Below, one piece after another: positions 60,120 through 64,000 of a stretch of 64,000 nt of DNA. Location of the stretch: contig OX597814.1 of NCBI GenBank assembly GCA_951406725.2, positions 89,528,001 through 89,592,000 on the forward strand, given 5' to 3'. The notes beneath the pieces are model-generated. The model saw only the letters and a list, made by a program, of their open reading frames with translations, made no database searches and had not been told where the DNA came from. The position numbers and the translations under genes were made by a program. The first letter of the stretch is position 1. Each line of letters starts with the position of its first letter. This stretch comes from Octopus vulgaris. Lineage: Eukaryota.

Positions 60120-61921
60120 AAGGCAACAAGCTGGCACAATCGTTAGCACGCCGGGCGAAATGCTTAGCGGTATTTCGTCTGCCGTTACGTTCTGAGTTCA
60201 AATTCCGCCGAGGTCGACTGTGCCTTTCATCCTTTCGGGGTCGATTAAATAAGTACCAGTTACGTACTGGGGTCGATATAATCGACTTAATCTGTTTGTC
60301 TGTCCTTGTTTGTCCTCTCTGCGTTTAGCCCCTTGCGGGTAGTAAAGAAATAGGTATTTCGTCTGCCGCTACGTTTTGAGTTCAAATTCCGCCGAGGTCG
60401 ACTTTGCCTTTCATCCTTTCGGGGTCGATAAATTAAGTACCAGCTGAACCCTGGGGTCCAAATAATCAACTCATCCCCTCTCCAAAAATTGCTACCCTTG
60501 TGGCAAAATTTGAATCTATTATTATAATAATTATTATTATAAATTCTGGAGGATTTTTGGTCCAGTACCCATGAATATTTCCAAAAATCGCTAGTCTGGA
60601 GCTGGACATCGTCAGTTGGAGATAAATTCTACAAGTATGGTAGTGTCGGCACTGGGGTCTAAAGCAGCAAGGTGGCACAATCATTAGCTCAGCAGAGAAA
60701 AAAATACTCAGTAGCATTTCTTATGTCTTTAAGTAGAGTTCAAATTCCGCCGAGGTTGAATTTGCCTTTCACCATTTCGGGGTCGATAAAATAAGCACTG
60801 GTTGAGTTCTGTGGACTATCCTCCTCCCACCAAAATTTCAAACCTTGTGATTATAGTAGAAAGGATTATTAGCGTATATTAGAAAACTGATAATACGAAA
60901 TAAGTTAGGATTAGCATAATACATTATGAAGCTATTGCGATTTTCGCTACAACGAGTCAATTTTGGTATTAATTCCACTCCAAGGCGGCGCGCTGGTAGA
61001 AACGTTGGCACGCCGGGCGAAATGCTTAGCGGTATTTCGTCTGCCGCTACGTTCTGAGTTCAAATTCCGCCGAGGTCAACTTTGTCTTTCATCCTTTCGG
61101 GGTCGTTTAAATAAGTACCAGTTACGCACTGGGGTCGATATAATCGACTTAATCCGTTTGTCTGTCCTTGTTTGTCTCCACTGTGTGTAGCCCCTTGTAG
61201 GCAATAAAGAAATAGGTATTAATTCCACTCCACGATATACAGTGACTATTATTAAAGTACAGCTGTCATGTGAAAATTCAAACCTTATGATTCAGCGAGT
61301 TACTTAACTTTTGATCAAGTCTATAAGTAATTGTAATGTCAGTTAAAGTAGTGGTGAAGTAGCTCACCGTTAGATTATCGGATTTTCTGAGAGTGTTGAA
61401 TTCGTGTCATGCTTACAAATTTGTGGTTTACTGTTATGAATTGCGAAACTTTAAACATTCTCAACACTTGGGGAAAATATCCCATTGGTTCTCGGCATAT
61501 ACTTATCAATAGACCTGTCATTAAGATGGTTCTGAATAAATATGATTCAGGCAATGCATAACAAAGACATTAAAGTAACTGATAGACATCTTTTGCCATG
61601 AGATATTTCTTCATCGTTTAAGTACATATGTACACACACGCATATATTAACACATGTATACATAGAAGATACATATACATACAAATGTTAAAGGTGGCGA
61701 GCTGGCAGAAACGTTCGCACGCCGGGCGAAATGCGTAGCCGTATTTCGTCTGCCGTTACGTTCTGAGTTCAAATTCCGCCGAGGTCGACTTTGCCTTTCA
61801 TCCTTTCGGGGTCGATAAATTAAGTACCAGTTACGCACTGGAGTCGAGTAATCGACTTAATCCGTTTTTCTGTCCTTGTTTGTCCCCTCTGTGTTTAGTC
61901 TCTTGTGGGTAGTAAAGAAAT
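60120..61921 (+). mobile_element. Cluster of five SINE family A copies (60120, 60353, 60660, 60983, 61692)
   Basis: Shared body; 18-bp TSD ggtattaattccactcca at 60965 and 61215; atatacatacaaat flanks the 61692 copy. Confidence 0.9.
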
Positions 61922-63102
61922 ATATACATACAAATATTCTTTTAATCTGATTCAATGGTATAGTCTATTTGTTTGCATGACCAAAAAGAAATAGCAGTCA
62001 AATTGCTGTCAAATCTGACCATTCAGCTCCATGCATTAGTTAATATCATCCTATGGATCCCTTAAAAATACGGGATGTCCTACTTGATTATGCCTTTGAT
62101 CATACGAGGATTGCTTGATCAGGATTGATCTCTTGTTAAACAACTTTCGGTATAGCATTTTAATGTTAATTCTTACCTGTTATATATATATATATATATA
62201 TCGGTATGAGTAAAGAGAACTCTATATGTATATTTGTATACCATTTAGCTGTGGGGGTAAAGCAAAAATAAGCAGAACGAAAAAACAGGAAAAAAAGAAA
62301 TACAGAAGGAGAGAGGAAGGGAGATAGAGAAGGGGAGAAAGAAACAGAAAAGTGAGTGAAAGAGGGAGAAGGAGTGTGTGTCTGCGTGTGCGTGAGAGAG
62401 AGAATGAGAAAAATAAAGAGGAGGAAGAGAGAGATTCGAAATATACTTGACATTTATCCAGCAGCGAGCTACAACTTCTGAATTAATTCTTACTGCCAAA
62501 ATTGCTGTCATTCTCTTCTTTTCTCCCCCTCTTTCTCATTCTAGCATTTGTCTTTGGAAATGTCAAGAAGTAATGGCATTCTTTTGTGTAGATCAAACAA
62601 AAGAACAAAGAAGTAGCAAGAGGAAGCAGTATCTTTTCTCATGAACAAGATGTTAGTTTCCCGGAAAATAGTATTCGAGAGCAGGACAACTATAACTGTA
62701 TGGAAATGAACAAAGCGAGGTGTGTTCATTATTATAACGACAAATAGCACATGCTACTTATTGAAATAAACAAAAAAGTTCACGGAAATCAAATATGTCA
62801 ATTTTAATCCCAATCCTTGAATAAACTCATTATGTCCGTGTGTAGCGCCTAGAATCCGAGAATTACCATAGTGTTATGCAACTAGCAAGTGTTGCAGCTG
62901 ACTGAGCTATAAACTTACTTGAAAAAGCGGTTGATTAAATAATGATATAATTATTACTAATTCATAATTGTGCAAGTAGCATAGAACAAATGCGTTAATT
63001 AATTCTCTATACGCGTATATATTTAGCTCTTCTTTAAAAATAACTTCAGAGTAAAAACACCCTGGAGATACTGGAAGAGAGATAGAAAATGTGGGAGGCG
63101 GT

Positions 63103-63192
<90 letters not shown>

Positions 63193-63330
63193 CGCTAGAA
63201 GTACAGAGTAATATAGCTGGAGGTAGAAAGAGAGAGAAAGTATAAGAGAAGGCAAGAAAAAAGAGCGAGATAGAGAAAAGAAGAGAGAGAGAGAGAGAGA
63301 GTGAGTGAGAGAGAGAGAGAGAGAGAGAGA
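63103..63330. repeat. (GA)n microsatellite tracts
   Basis: Direct inspection; source of SL-repeat ORFs. Confidence 0.95.
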
Positions 63331-64000
63331 TGCTATGTGCACAATAGATGAAGTATTGCAATTTCGAATTACTTGGGTCAATGGAATTAGAAGCAGGTTC
63401 ACCGTAATGTGAACGTATATCAGAGTTCATGACAGAATTCAGTTTTTCACTCACTTTAGGAGGGAATTATCTAATATTTCGGGCACTTACTCTTCATCTG
63501 GGAGTGAGAAAGACAGAGGAAGTGGCGGTTATGATGTGGGCAAATAAAAAGACTTGAAGTCGAAGGAATAATATTAGTGGGTGATACAGAGAGTAACGGA
63601 AGTGCTCTGACGTTGAAGGAAAAACGGTTAGGAATTTGGGATAAGAGGTGATTGAAGGGAGAAGGAGCACAGATAAGAATAGCCAATGAAGCTAGATAAA
63701 AAGAGATGGAGTTCAAGCTAAGAGGCAGATTAGGACAACAACAACAGGCTGCCGGAGATAACGGCCAACCACACCTAGAAATGTGATTTAAATTTATAGC
63801 ACCCCATTGAATATTTTAAAATTCAGGGCGTCTGAATTATACAGTAAGTAGTAGAAGACATACGCACATATATGAGCTTTTATTATCCAATCAATTGGTC
63901 GACAAAAACTCCCTTTAGAGCTGTTCAAAAAACTTATAAAAATAAGCGAGATAAATGCCATAAGATCTGTTTAGTGAAATTTTTAGAAAATATACTCAAT

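Overview
Eukaryotic, AT-rich, microsatellite-saturated DNA. The repeat content looks like a cephalopod (Octopus-like) genome, which is an inference from the SINE/LINE families. I recognise no intact host gene, and almost all listed ORFs are microsatellite translation artefacts. The window is a mosaic of transposon remnants: a young 5'-truncated Tx1-clade LINE, degenerate RTE, Dong/R4 and CR1/Jockey-like LINEs, mariner and hAT transposase fragments, Helitrons, MITEs and several tRNA-headed SINE families. The strongest unannotated signal is a set of type I hammerhead ribozyme (HHR) motifs (four near-canonical, four degenerate). Most sit in short cassettes in or beside (TA)n tracts, often with foldback arms or partial tandem repeats. 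One terminates a 2.1 kb fragment encoding the C-terminus of a Naiad-type Penelope-like element (PLE) endonuclease, and another lies in the 3' part of a tRNA-headed SINE. The commonest SINE family also shares its 3' tail with the Tx1 LINE in this window. All folds and alignments were done by eye.
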